A DNA stretch of 64,000 nt from Actinomycetes bacterium (lineage in GTDB: Bacteria > Actinomycetota > Acidimicrobiia > Acidimicrobiales > RAAP-2): assembly GCA_021809995.1 (NCBI GenBank), contig JAJZJT010000001.1:721-64720 (forward strand), in the 5' to 3' direction. The first letter of the stretch is position 1, and each line of letters starts with the position of its first letter. The notes beneath the pieces are model-generated. The model was not told the DNA's origin, made no database searches, and saw only the letters and a list, made by a program, of their open reading frames with translations. Made by a program: the position numbers and the translations under genes. Positions 37,027 through 46,351 of the stretch are shown piece by piece.

Positions 37027-37728
37027 GTGATGCAGCTCCGTTGGGGCGAAGAAGTCCCGTCCGACGCCGAGGCGGCACGAGCACGTCTGGTCAATGCGGC
37101 CGAGGAGTGCTTCAGGCGCTACGGTGTGGCCAAGACCACGGTCGACGACGTTGCCGCGGCAGCAAAGGTCTCCCGTGCGACGGTCTACCGGTACTTCGGG
37201 GACCGCGACAAGCTCGTCCTCGGTGTGGTTCTCCGCGATGCCCGGCGTTTCCTGAACCGTTTGGGCACCGCCATCGAGCGCCAGGACACGTTCGAGCGGG
37301 CCGTCGTCCAGGGCGTGCTCTCCACCGTCGATGCCGCGCGTGCCGACGAGAGCCTGGGGCTGCTGTTCGCGCCCGACACGATCGGCATCACCACCTCCAT
37401 CGTCGGCGCGTCCGAAGCACTGTTCGATCTGGCCTCCGACTTCATGCGCCCCCTCCTGCGTGACGCTCAGCGTCAGGGGCTCATGCGGACCGACGTGCAG
37501 CTCGACGAGGCCGCCGAGTGGATCCTGCGCACGATCATCTCCCTGTTGACCGTCGAGGGGCCCCGGCGCCGGAGCCCGGCACAGCAGCGCCGCTTCGTGT
37601 CGACCTTCCTGGTGTCCGCGCTGGTACCTGCCGCATCCTCCGACGCATCTGTCTCGCTCCAGAGCGACAGGGCGCCGCGGTCACGCCCTGCTCGGCGACC
37701 CAGGTCGGCTCGGTCCACCAACGCCTGA
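37027..37728 (+). CDS. TetR family transcriptional regulator (paralogue of 43524-44201)
   Basis: HTH NAAEECFRRYGVAKTTVDDVAAAAKVSRATVYRYF. Confidence 0.85.
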   Translation: MMQLRWGEEVPSDAEAARARLVNAAEECFRRYGVAKTTVDDVAAAAKVSRATVYRYFGDRDKLVLGVVLRDARRFLNRLGTAIERQDTFERAVVQGVLSTVDAARADESLGLLFAPDTIGITTSIVGASEALFDLASDFMRPLLRDAQRQGLMRTDVQLDEAAEWILRTIISLLTVEGPRRRSPAQQRRFVSTFLVSALVPAASSDASVSLQSDRAPRSRPARRPRSARSTNA

Positions 37729-37757
37729 AGCCGTTCGCTGCAGCGGTCAGCCTGCAC

Positions 37758-39020
37758 TCAAGCGGAGACGGACACCACCAGCTCTGTCAGGCCCCGCAGC
37801 ACGAAGGTCGGACGCCACTGGGGAGGCCCGCCTTGGAGCTCGATCCGGCGGCACCGCTGCAACAGCCGCTCGAAGACGACCGCACCCTCCATCCGGGCCA
37901 AGCCGGCACCCAGGCAATGGTGGATGCCCATGCCGAAGCTCAGGGGGGCGTTGTCAATCCTCCCCACGTTGAAGGACTCGGCCTCGGCGAAGCGCGCGGG
38001 GTCGCGGTTGGCCGACCCTTGCAGCACCACCACGGTGTCGCCCCGCACCAGGCGTTCGCCGGCCACCTCGGTGTCCTCGAGCGCCATGCGCATGTTGAGC
38101 TGGACCGGGCTGTCCCACCGCAGCAGTTCCTCCACCGCACCTACGCTCAACGACGGGTCCCGGCGCCAGCGCCGCAGCTGGTCGGGGTGCTGCAACAGGG
38201 CGAGCAGACCGTTGCCGATCAGGTTGGTGGTCGTCTCGAACCCGGCGGCGAAGAGGAGGACGGCCGTCGCCACCACTTCGTCGTCATCGAGGGCGTCCCC
38301 GCGGTCCCGGGCTTCCGCCAGCGCCGACAGCAGGTCGGCGGCGGGGCGGCGGCGGCGTTCGGCCAGCAGCTCGAAGAAGTATGCTCGCATCTCCTCCATC
38401 GCCCCGACAGCGGCGCGCAGCGAGTTCGTGTCGATGACCGGATCGAGCGCGGCCACGCTCGCCCGGACCAGCGGTTGGAACGTGGCACGGTCGGCGGCCG
38501 GCACACCCAGCAGCTCGCCGATGACGGTGACCGGCAGGGGGAAGGCGAGGACGGCCATCACGTCGGCCTCGCCGGCATCGAGCAGGTCGTCGATGAACCC
38601 GTCCACCATGGCCAGGACCGCCGGGCGAAGCGCGTTGACCCGCTGCGGGGTGAAGGCGCGGCTGGCCAGTTGCCGAAGGCGGGTGTGATCCGGCGGGTCG
38701 GCGAAGAGCATGTTGTCTCCCTGCCCGCCGACGAACCGCTGGCGAAGCTCCGGGTCGGCGTCGGCGCCGACACCGGCGAACGGCAGGACGGCGGCTTCCC
38801 CCGAGGCCCGCAGGGCGGTGCCGCGGCCCAGGCGGGGATGCCGGAGCGCCACCAGGCAGTCGTCGTACTGTGACAGCACGAGCGGGCCGAAGCCGGTCCG
38901 CAACACTGGGGCCCGCTCGCGCAGGAAGCGGTAGCACGGGTACGGGTCGGCCCGCCCCTCGGGGGTGAGCAGCAACCGGAGCAGCTCGTCGTCCGCTTGG
39001 GGATCTGCCGTGGCGGTCAT
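37758..39020 (-). CDS. cytochrome P450
   Basis: ATG at 39020 is preceded by AGGAGGAG. EXXR (VEELLRWDSP) and haem loop FGMGIHHCLGAGLA. Confidence 0.9.
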   Translation of the reverse strand: MTATADPQADDELLRLLLTPEGRADPYPCYRFLRERAPVLRTGFGPLVLSQYDDCLVALRHPRLGRGTALRASGEAAVLPFAGVGADADPELRQRFVGGQGDNMLFADPPDHTRLRQLASRAFTPQRVNALRPAVLAMVDGFIDDLLDAGEADVMAVLAFPLPVTVIGELLGVPAADRATFQPLVRASVAALDPVIDTNSLRAAVGAMEEMRAYFFELLAERRRRPAADLLSALAEARDRGDALDDDEVVATAVLLFAAGFETTTNLIGNGLLALLQHPDQLRRWRRDPSLSVGAVEELLRWDSPVQLNMRMALEDTEVAGERLVRGDTVVVLQGSANRDPARFAEAESFNVGRIDNAPLSFGMGIHHCLGAGLARMEGAVVFERLLQRCRRIELQGGPPQWRPTFVLRGLTELVVSVSA

Positions 39021-39177
39021 CGGAATCTCCTCCTGCCGAGGATGCGACAATAGCACAGTTTCGTCGTACGTCGGCACGGTGGTACGGTGTCGTCTGGCTG
39101 CCGGCACCGACGGGGATGCTGCCCATCCCTGCAGGAGGGTCATCGGCCCGCCTGGCCGACGACAGCCCCGCCCAGGA

Positions 39178-40344
39178 TCAGCGGGCCGGGCGTCTGTGCG
39201 TCTCGGACCACGACATTCCCGCCTCGACGTCGACGTCGTGGGGGAGGCCGAGGACCCGTTCGGCCACGATGTTCCGCTGGACCTCGCCGGTGCCGCCTCC
39301 GATGGTCAGGGCTGGAGCGAACAGGTACCCGTGCGACCACGCGCCTGCCTCGGTGCCGAGCGGCCCGGTGCCGCCGAGCATCCCGGCAGGCCCAGCGAGA
39401 TCCTTGGCCAGCCCCATGATGTGCTGGCCGTGCTCGTCGGCCCGGATCTTGCGGACCGAGGCCTCGGGCCCCGGGCGCTCTCCGCGGACACGGGCGGTCA
39501 CCGTCCGCAACCGAATGAGGCGCAGCAGCTCCGACTCGATGAACAGCGAAGCCAGGCGCTGGCGGAGCAATGGGTCGGTCACGCCCCCGGCGGCACGGAC
39601 CAGGTCGAGCAGGTCCATGGCATCGGGACCGTTGCCCCACAGCGCCCCGCCCGAGGACAGCGACACCCGCTCGTTGCCGAGCGTCACCTTGGCCAGGTCC
39701 CACCCCTCGTTCTCCGCTCCCACCCGGTTGGCCACCGGAATCCGTACGTCGGTCAGGAACACCTCGTTGAACATCGCCGTGCCCGTCATCTCGACGATGG
39801 GCCGGACCTCGATCCCCGGCGTGCCCATGGGGCAGATGAAGTAGGAGACGCCCTTGTGCTTGGGCGCCTGCGGGTCGGTACGAGCCAGGAGGATGCCGTA
39901 GGCGGCGAACTGGGCCAGCGAGGTCCAGACCTTCTGCCCGTTGACGACGTACTCGTCGCCGTCTCGCGCGGCTCGCGTGGCGAGGTTGGCCAAGTCCGAG
40001 CCGGCCCCCGGCTCGGAGAAGAGCTGGCACCAAAGCTCCTCGCCGGCCAGCAGAGGAAGCAGGTGGCGCTGCTTCTGCTCGTCGGTGCCGGCGTGCACGA
40101 TCGTCGGGCCGGCCCAACCAATGCCGATGGGGTTCATCGGCGGCCGCACACCGCCCCGGCGCAGCTCCTCGTCGATCAGCAATTGATGGATGGGGTCGGC
40201 GTCCACCCCCCAAGGTCGAGGCCAGTGGGGCGCCACGTAACCGGCCTCCGCCAGCTGGCGCCCGCTGGGAGCTGGGTTCTGGCGGAGCCAATCCCTGACG
40301 GCGATGCGTCGCGGGTCCTCGTCTCCGGGTAGTTCGAAATCCAT
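39178..40344 (-). CDS. acyl-CoA dehydrogenase (FadE-like)
   Basis: WCQLFSEPGAGSDLANL and GGTGEVQRNIVAERVLGLP blocks. Confidence 0.85.
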   Translation of the reverse strand: MDFELPGDEDPRRIAVRDWLRQNPAPSGRQLAEAGYVAPHWPRPWGVDADPIHQLLIDEELRRGGVRPPMNPIGIGWAGPTIVHAGTDEQKQRHLLPLLAGEELWCQLFSEPGAGSDLANLATRAARDGDEYVVNGQKVWTSLAQFAAYGILLARTDPQAPKHKGVSYFICPMGTPGIEVRPIVEMTGTAMFNEVFLTDVRIPVANRVGAENEGWDLAKVTLGNERVSLSSGGALWGNGPDAMDLLDLVRAAGGVTDPLLRQRLASLFIESELLRLIRLRTVTARVRGERPGPEASVRKIRADEHGQHIMGLAKDLAGPAGMLGGTGPLGTEAGAWSHGYLFAPALTIGGGTGEVQRNIVAERVLGLPHDVDVEAGMSWSETHRRPAR

Positions 40345-40520
40345 GGCGTCATCCCTCCGCGTCCCGATCGGCGCGGGCTGATGCTACACACAACACGAAT
40401 CGTCCCATTGACGCGACCGGATGCTAACGTCGGCGCCACCGCGAGTAGGGACGGCGAGCGGCACCGGTCGCCGGACGCGTGACCCGGACGCTGGCAACAC
40501 GACGATGAAGGAGCACGCCA

Positions 40521-42137
40521 GTGAGCGGATGGAACTTCGCCGAAGTGTGGGAAGCGGTGGCCGACACGCTCCCCGACGCCGGCGCACTGACCCATGGGGC
40601 CGTGCACCGCAGGTGGGTGGATTTGGACCGCCGGGCCGACGGAGTTGCCCGCTGGCTCCTCGACCTTGGCTCCCAGGAGCAGGACAAAGTCGCCCAGTAC
40701 CTCTACAACTGCCCAGAGTACCTGGAGTCGATGTTCGGAGCGTACAAGGCCGGCATGGTGCCCGTGAACACCAACTACCGCTACCAGGACGACGAGCTGG
40801 CCTACCTCTGGGACAATGCCGACGTCGTGGCCGTCGTGTTCCACGGCATCTTCACCGACCGGGTGCAGCGGCTGCGGCTCGGGCGCCGGGTTCCCAAGGT
40901 CCGGGGCTGGCTGTGCGTGGACGACGGATCCGGTCCCTGCCCGGCCTGGGCGACGCCGTACGAGGAGGTGGCCATGTCGGCGCCAGGCCGCCAACGCGCC
41001 CCGTGGGGGCGTGACGGCGACCATCTGTACATGCTCTACACCGGGGGCACCACCGGCATGCCCAAGGGCGTGATGTGGCGTCAGGACGACCTGATCATGA
41101 TGCTGGCCGCCCAGCTGGGCGGCGGGTTCACCGGCGTCCCGGACTACGACGCCTTCCGGGCGTCGCGGGTGGCGCCCGGGCCGGTGACCCTGCCGGCGTG
41201 CCCCCTCATGCACGGCACCGGCGCGCTCGTGGCCATGTCCTCGTTGGCCCAGGGCGGGCACGTCGTGACCCTCCCCGCGCGTCATTTCGACGCAGAGGAG
41301 CTCCTCGACACGGTCGAGCGCCTCAAGGTCAACATCATTGCCATCGTGGGAGACGCGTTCGCCAAGCCGATCCTGCTCGCCCTCGACGCGCAACCCGGGC
41401 GCTGGGACATCTCCTCCATCCTGGCCATGACCTCGTCCGGGGTCATGTGGAGCGAGAAGACCAAGCGAGGGTTGCTGGCGCACCATCCCGGCATGCTGCT
41501 CGTCGACGCCTTTTCGTCGTCCGAGGCGCTCGGCATGGGCTCCTCGGTGTCCGGCGGCGATGCCGCCGCCCCGACGGCGGTGTTCACCCTTGGGCCGGAC
41601 GCCGTGGTGGTCACCGACGATGACCGGTTGGTCGAACCGGGGTCGGGGGAGATCGGCATGGTCGGCGTGGGCGGCCGGGTCCCACTCGGCTACTACAAGG
41701 ACGAGGAGAGGAGTGCCCGGACGTTCCGGCAGATCGGGGACCGGCGGTACTCGGTCCCCGGGGACTTCGCCACGGTGGACGCCGACGGCACCATCCGGCT
41801 TCTGGGCCGCGGCTCGGTCTGCATCAACACCGGTGGGGAGAAGGTATTCCCCGAAGAGGTCGAGGAGGTACTCAAGACCCATCCCATGGTCGGGGACGCC
41901 GTGGTCCTCGGCGTCCCCGACGAGGCGTGGGGCGAAGCGGTGACCGCGTTGGTCCAGGCAGCAGGCGCCGGCCTCACCGAGGACGGCCTGCTCGCCCACG
42001 CCAGGGAACGGCTGGCCCACTACAAGGTGCCGAAGCAGGTTCTGCTGGTCGAGAGTGTCGGCCGGGCAGCGAACGGAAAGATCGACTACGCGGCGTGTCG
42101 CGAGCGGGCCATGGCCCAGCGGCGCCCGGCCCGATGA
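40521..42137 (+). CDS. acyl-CoA synthetase (AMP-forming)
   Basis: GTG at 40521 is preceded by GAAGGAG. AMP-binding motif YTGGTTGMPKGV. Confidence 0.85.
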   Translation: MSGWNFAEVWEAVADTLPDAGALTHGAVHRRWVDLDRRADGVARWLLDLGSQEQDKVAQYLYNCPEYLESMFGAYKAGMVPVNTNYRYQDDELAYLWDNADVVAVVFHGIFTDRVQRLRLGRRVPKVRGWLCVDDGSGPCPAWATPYEEVAMSAPGRQRAPWGRDGDHLYMLYTGGTTGMPKGVMWRQDDLIMMLAAQLGGGFTGVPDYDAFRASRVAPGPVTLPACPLMHGTGALVAMSSLAQGGHVVTLPARHFDAEELLDTVERLKVNIIAIVGDAFAKPILLALDAQPGRWDISSILAMTSSGVMWSEKTKRGLLAHHPGMLLVDAFSSSEALGMGSSVSGGDAAAPTAVFTLGPDAVVVTDDDRLVEPGSGEIGMVGVGGRVPLGYYKDEERSARTFRQIGDRRYSVPGDFATVDADGTIRLLGRGSVCINTGGEKVFPEEVEEVLKTHPMVGDAVVLGVPDEAWGEAVTALVQAAGAGLTEDGLLAHARERLAHYKVPKQVLLVESVGRAANGKIDYAACRERAMAQRRPAR

Positions 42138-42158
42138 GGAGCGCCGTTCCTGGAGGGG

Positions 42159-42400
42159 TCAGGAGCGGGGCTCCGGGTGCTTGGCCACCAGCACCAGCTC
42201 GCGAGGCAGCCGTACGTCGTACCGGGTACCGATGCGGACGATGTCGACCAGCACCTGCCCGCAGGAGAACCTCGGAGAGCGGCTTGCCGAGGACCGGCTC
42301 GACGATGTCGGCGACCGTCTGCTCGAATGCGGCGGGCTTCAGGACGGCTCCCACAACTCGTAGATGGCCTTGGCCACCTCGACGAAGTCGCGGTGACATC
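42159..42400 (-). pseudogene. orphan C-terminal fragment of an ABC1/UbiB-type kinase, frameshifted
   Basis: The minus strand reads LKPAAFEQTVADIVEPVLGKPLSEV, then after a frameshift GQVLVDIVRIGTRYDVRLPRELVLVAK, ending at the stop at 42159-42161. This is the post-kinase helical region of the family. Confidence 0.45.
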
Positions 42401-42542
42401 TTGCGTATACTGTCTCGATGATCGCGTCCCCTGACAACACTGGCTGGCGCGGCGGCCACGGTCGTGCGTACCTCGAGCCCCCCGGGGTCCGACCGCCAGG
42501 CGTGGTGGAGCGGGCGACGTCCGAGCGCCGGCTGGTCGTGGC

Positions 42543-43472
42543 ATGGTGATGCCGACAGCCGACACCGCAGGTGAGGCGCGGACGAGGCCCGGCTCGGCGC
42601 CGGCGTGGTTCGTCCGCGCCCTGTCCGATCGACCGCGGGCCGGCCGGCTGACGGTGGCTGGCGCCGGAGTCGCCCACGCCGTGTGGGGGCAGTGCGGGCA
42701 GCCCGGGCTGGTGCTGGTGCACGGCGGCGGGGCCAACCGAGCCTGGTGGGACCACATCGCACCCTGGTTCGCCGACACGCACCGGGTGATCGCCGTCGAT
42801 CTTTCGGGGCACGGCGACAGCGACCACCGTCCTGTCTACCGCATGGACACGTGGGTGGACGAGGTGTGGGCAACTGCACAGGCCGCCGGCGCCGGACCGA
42901 GACCGGTGCTCGTGGGGCACAGCCTGGGCGGGTTCGTGGCCGTGGCCACCGCCGCGCGCCACGGGCGAGACGTGGGGGGCGTCATCGTCGTCGACTCTCC
43001 CATGACGGCGCCGGACCACGAGCTCTCGTCGTCTGCCCTGCGGGTCGGCGGGCGAACGGGGACCGCCTACAGCAGCCTTGAGGAGATCGTTGCCCGCTTC
43101 CGCACGATCCCTCCCCAGGCGGTCTACCTCGACTACATCGTCGCCCACGTGGCCCGGCGTTCCGTCCGCCGTTTCGAGGACGGCTGGCGGTGGAAGTACG
43201 ACAGCCGGGTCTTCACCCAGTTCGCGGGGGGCATGCGGGCGTCGGCGCTGCCGCTGCTGGCCGATGTGCGATGCCGGTTCGCCCTGCTCGCCGCCGAGCA
43301 CGGACTGGTGACCCCGCGGATCGGTTCCGCCATATGCGACACGCTCGGGCGCTCGACGCCGGTCGTCTGGCTCCCGGACGCCGGCCACCATCCGATGCTC
43401 GACCAACCGCTGGCCCTGGTCAGCGCTGTTCGGGCCGTGCTCGCCGGCTGGGGCTCCTCCATCCCGCTCTGA
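42543..43472 (+). CDS. alpha/beta hydrolase
   Basis: LVLVHGGG, nucleophile elbow GHSLGG and C-terminal DAGHHPM. Confidence 0.85.
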   Translation: MVMPTADTAGEARTRPGSAPAWFVRALSDRPRAGRLTVAGAGVAHAVWGQCGQPGLVLVHGGGANRAWWDHIAPWFADTHRVIAVDLSGHGDSDHRPVYRMDTWVDEVWATAQAAGAGPRPVLVGHSLGGFVAVATAARHGRDVGGVIVVDSPMTAPDHELSSSALRVGGRTGTAYSSLEEIVARFRTIPPQAVYLDYIVAHVARRSVRRFEDGWRWKYDSRVFTQFAGGMRASALPLLADVRCRFALLAAEHGLVTPRIGSAICDTLGRSTPVVWLPDAGHHPMLDQPLALVSAVRAVLAGWGSSIPL

Positions 43473-43523
43473 CATCGCCAGGTCCCCGTGCCGGCGCAGG
43501 GAGGCCCGGGGCAGCAGGATGCA

Positions 43524-44201
43524 TCAGCGATCGCGAGCCGAGGCGACCGGCCGACCACCGCGGCGGTGACCGGCCGGCGCCGACCCGGCTGTCGAACGCT
43601 CCACCAGGGCCGGAACCAGGAACGTGGCCAGCAGGCGCTGCTTGTCGGAGACGCCCCGGCGAACAGGACCCGTCACCGCGAGCAGCGACAGCACGGTTCG
43701 CAGGATCCACTCGGCAGCCTCTTCGACGTCGACGCCGGAGCGCAGCACGCCGTCGTCTCTGGCTGCTTGGAGCAGGGGGCGAAGGAACTCGGTGACCAGC
43801 GCGAACAGGGCATCCGAGGCGCCGGCGATGGCGGCGGTGATGCCCGACGCCTCGGGGGCGAACAGGCGCGCCAGGTTGTCGTCCGCCTCGACGGCGTCGA
43901 CCGTGTAGAGCACGCCGCGGATGAGGGCCTGTTCGAAGCTGGGCTCGGCGTCGATCACGGCCTGGAGCCGCCGGAGGAACCGCTGGGCGTCCCGTAGCAG
44001 GACGCCCAGCACCACGGCGTCGCGATCAGGGAAGTACCGGTAGACCGTGGCGCGCGACACGTGGGCGGCAGCGGCCACGTCCTCCACCGTGGTCTTCGCC
44101 ACACCCCGCCGCCGAAAACACCCCTCGGCTGCGTCCAGGAGCCGGGCTCGGGCCGCTTCCGTGTCCTTCGGGGCGTCGGACCCCCAGCGCATCTCGGGCA
44201 C
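43524..44201 (-). CDS. TetR family transcriptional regulator, divergent from the mce operon
   Basis: HTH DAAEGCFRRRGVAKTTVEDVAAAAHVSRATVYRYF. Collinear with 37027-37728 without gaps. Confidence 0.85.
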   Translation of the reverse strand: MPEMRWGSDAPKDTEAARARLLDAAEGCFRRRGVAKTTVEDVAAAAHVSRATVYRYFPDRDAVVLGVLLRDAQRFLRRLQAVIDAEPSFEQALIRGVLYTVDAVEADDNLARLFAPEASGITAAIAGASDALFALVTEFLRPLLQAARDDGVLRSGVDVEEAAEWILRTVLSLLAVTGPVRRGVSDKQRLLATFLVPALVERSTAGSAPAGHRRGGRPVASARDR

Positions 44202-44602
44202 GGCACGATGGTACCGGACGGCGGTCGGCGGCCCTGCCCGACCCCGACCAGCGCCACCGCGGTCCCCGGCGGTTGCGCCGCAGCGACCCCTCCACTGCCC
44301 TGACGAACGGTTGGCTGGCAGTTGGCTGCCTGGCCGTCGGGATCGTCATACGGTACACAATCAGTTTTCCATTTTTGTCTAGTTCCGGCCGCAAGGACGG
44401 GCATCCGACGGCGTTCACCACCAAGCACGCGGGCGGCGGACGTCCGTTACAACAACAGATCGAGGGGGAGTCGAGTCGCCATGCCCGATGGTGACAGGGC
44501 CAGCGTCGCGGTGCGCCTGACGATGGCGGCGGCCGAGGGGACCGTCGGGACCGCCTCCACGGCGGCCTCCGACGCCGCCGTGAGGAGGGAGGGCCGTCCC
44601 CG

Positions 44603-45496
44603 ATGACCGCGCCGGTCCGCCCGACGCAGGCGGCACGCGAGGGCTCGGCAGGCACCGTGGCCGTCGGCCAGCGGCCGCCGACCCCCCGGTGGGACTCGGT
44701 GCTCGAGCGCTACGGCCAGCGACTCGGGGGGGGCATCGACAGCTTCGGCGCGGTGTCGGCCATGGTGCTCGACTCGATCGTGGCCACGGGCCGAAGCCTG
44801 GTGCGCGGGCAGTTTCCATGGCGTGAGTTCATGGACCAGGCATGGATGATGGTCTCGGTGTCGCTGTTACCGACCATCCTCATTTCCGTGCCGTTCGGCA
44901 CCATCATCGTGCTCGAGGTCGGCGGGCTGGCCCACCAGATCGGCTCCACGTCGGTCGTCGGTTCGGTGGACGCCATCTTCGCCGTCCGCGAGGTGGCCCC
45001 GGTCGTCACCGCGCTCATCCTCTCGGGGGCAGCCGGCTCGGCCATCTGCTCCGACCTCGGGTCACGGACCATCCGCGACGAGATCGCCGCCATGGAGGTC
45101 ATGGGCATCAACCCGCTGCAGCGACTGGTGGCGCCGCGGCTGGTGGCCGGGCTGATCGTGGCGATGTTGCTGAACGGCATCGTGGCCTTCGCCGGCATCG
45201 TCGCCGCCTACGCCACCGCCGTCTACGTGCTGCACGGGGCGGCCGGCTCCTACCTGAACGCCTTCAGCGCCTTCTCCCAGGCATCCGACATCATCGAGTC
45301 CACCCTGAAGGCTGCCATCTTCGGGTTGCTGGGCGCCGTCTTGGCCTGCTACAAGGGCCTCACCACCCAAAAAGGGGCCGTGGGCGTGGGGCGGGCCGTC
45401 AACCAGGCCGTGGTGATCAACGGGATCGCCCTGTTCTTCATCAACCTGGTGCTCACCGAGGTCTTCCTCATCCTGGTGCCGGTGAAGGTCCCGTGA
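44603..45496 (+). CDS. yrbEA: Mce-system permease YrbE-A (MlaE family)
   Basis: MlaE/YrbE blocks IRDEIAAMEVMGINPLQRLVAPR and a multi-TM pattern. Confidence 0.85.
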   Translation: MTAPVRPTQAAREGSAGTVAVGQRPPTPRWDSVLERYGQRLGGGIDSFGAVSAMVLDSIVATGRSLVRGQFPWREFMDQAWMMVSVSLLPTILISVPFGTIIVLEVGGLAHQIGSTSVVGSVDAIFAVREVAPVVTALILSGAAGSAICSDLGSRTIRDEIAAMEVMGINPLQRLVAPRLVAGLIVAMLLNGIVAFAGIVAAYATAVYVLHGAAGSYLNAFSAFSQASDIIESTLKAAIFGLLGAVLACYKGLTTQKGAVGVGRAVNQAVVINGIALFFINLVLTEVFLILVPVKVP

Positions 45497-46344
45497 CCGC
45501 CCGCCCCGCCGTCCTGGCGCGCCCGGTCGAGGCCTGGGACCGTGGCGTCGACCGCCTGGTCTGGCTGGGAGCACTGGCCCTCTTCGTGGGCAAGGTGCTG
45601 GCCTCGGTCCCCGTCGTGCTCACCAGGCGGCGAGGCGAGGTGACGGCACTCGTCAACGAGATCACCTTCGGCCAGGGCCTGCTGGCCATCGCCTCGAGCA
45701 CGGTGCTGGTGGTCTTCCTGCTGTCCGCCTTCGTGGGCATCCAGATCGGCCTAGAGGGCTACCAAGGGCTGCAGATCGTCGGGCTGACCGCCCTGTCGGG
45801 GCTCATCTCGGCCTACGGGGACACCCGCGAGATCGTGCCGCTGATCACCGCCTTTGGCCTGGCCGCCCAGATCGGGTGCAAGTTCACCGCCGAGCTGGGC
45901 GCCATGCGCATCAGCGAGGAGGTCGACGCCCTCGAGGTGATGGCGGTCCCGGGCCTCCCCTACCTCGTCACCACCCGGGTGCTGGCCGCCATGGTGGCGG
46001 TCATCCCCCTCTACCTGCTGGCGCTGGCCGGCTCCTACATCGCCACCCAGTTCAGCGTGGCCTTGATCGCCCACCAGGGCACCGGCACATACCTGCACTA
46101 CTTCCACGCCTACCTGAACCTCGGAGACCTCGTCGACTCCCTGCTCAAGGTCGTCATCTTCGCCATCGCCATCGTCATCGTCCACACCTACTACGGGTTC
46201 ACCACCTCCGGTGGCCCGGAGAACGTCGGCCTGGCCACCGGCCGCGCCATCCGGACGAGCATCGTCATGCTGGCCGTCCTGGACCTGCTGCTGACCATGC
46301 TTTTCTACGGACTGTCCCCCAACGCCATCAGGTTCACCGGGTGA
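45493..46344 (+). CDS. yrbEB: Mce-system permease YrbE-B (MlaE family)
   Basis: GTGA overlap with yrbEA. Contains ISEEVDALEVMAVPGLPYLVTTR. Confidence 0.85.
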   Translation: MTARPAVLARPVEAWDRGVDRLVWLGALALFVGKVLASVPVVLTRRRGEVTALVNEITFGQGLLAIASSTVLVVFLLSAFVGIQIGLEGYQGLQIVGLTALSGLISAYGDTREIVPLITAFGLAAQIGCKFTAELGAMRISEEVDALEVMAVPGLPYLVTTRVLAAMVAVIPLYLLALAGSYIATQFSVALIAHQGTGTYLHYFHAYLNLGDLVDSLLKVVIFAIAIVIVHTYYGFTTSGGPENVGLATGRAIRTSIVMLAVLDLLLTMLFYGLSPNAIRFTG

Positions 46345-46351
46345 GCCAACC

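Noticed and set aside
36974-44602. Searched promoter regions by eye for KstR (TnnAACnnGTTnnA) or KstR2-type operators.
   Set aside because: No good match. The closest, AATCAGTT at about 44359, deviates from the core and from the flanking T/A positions.
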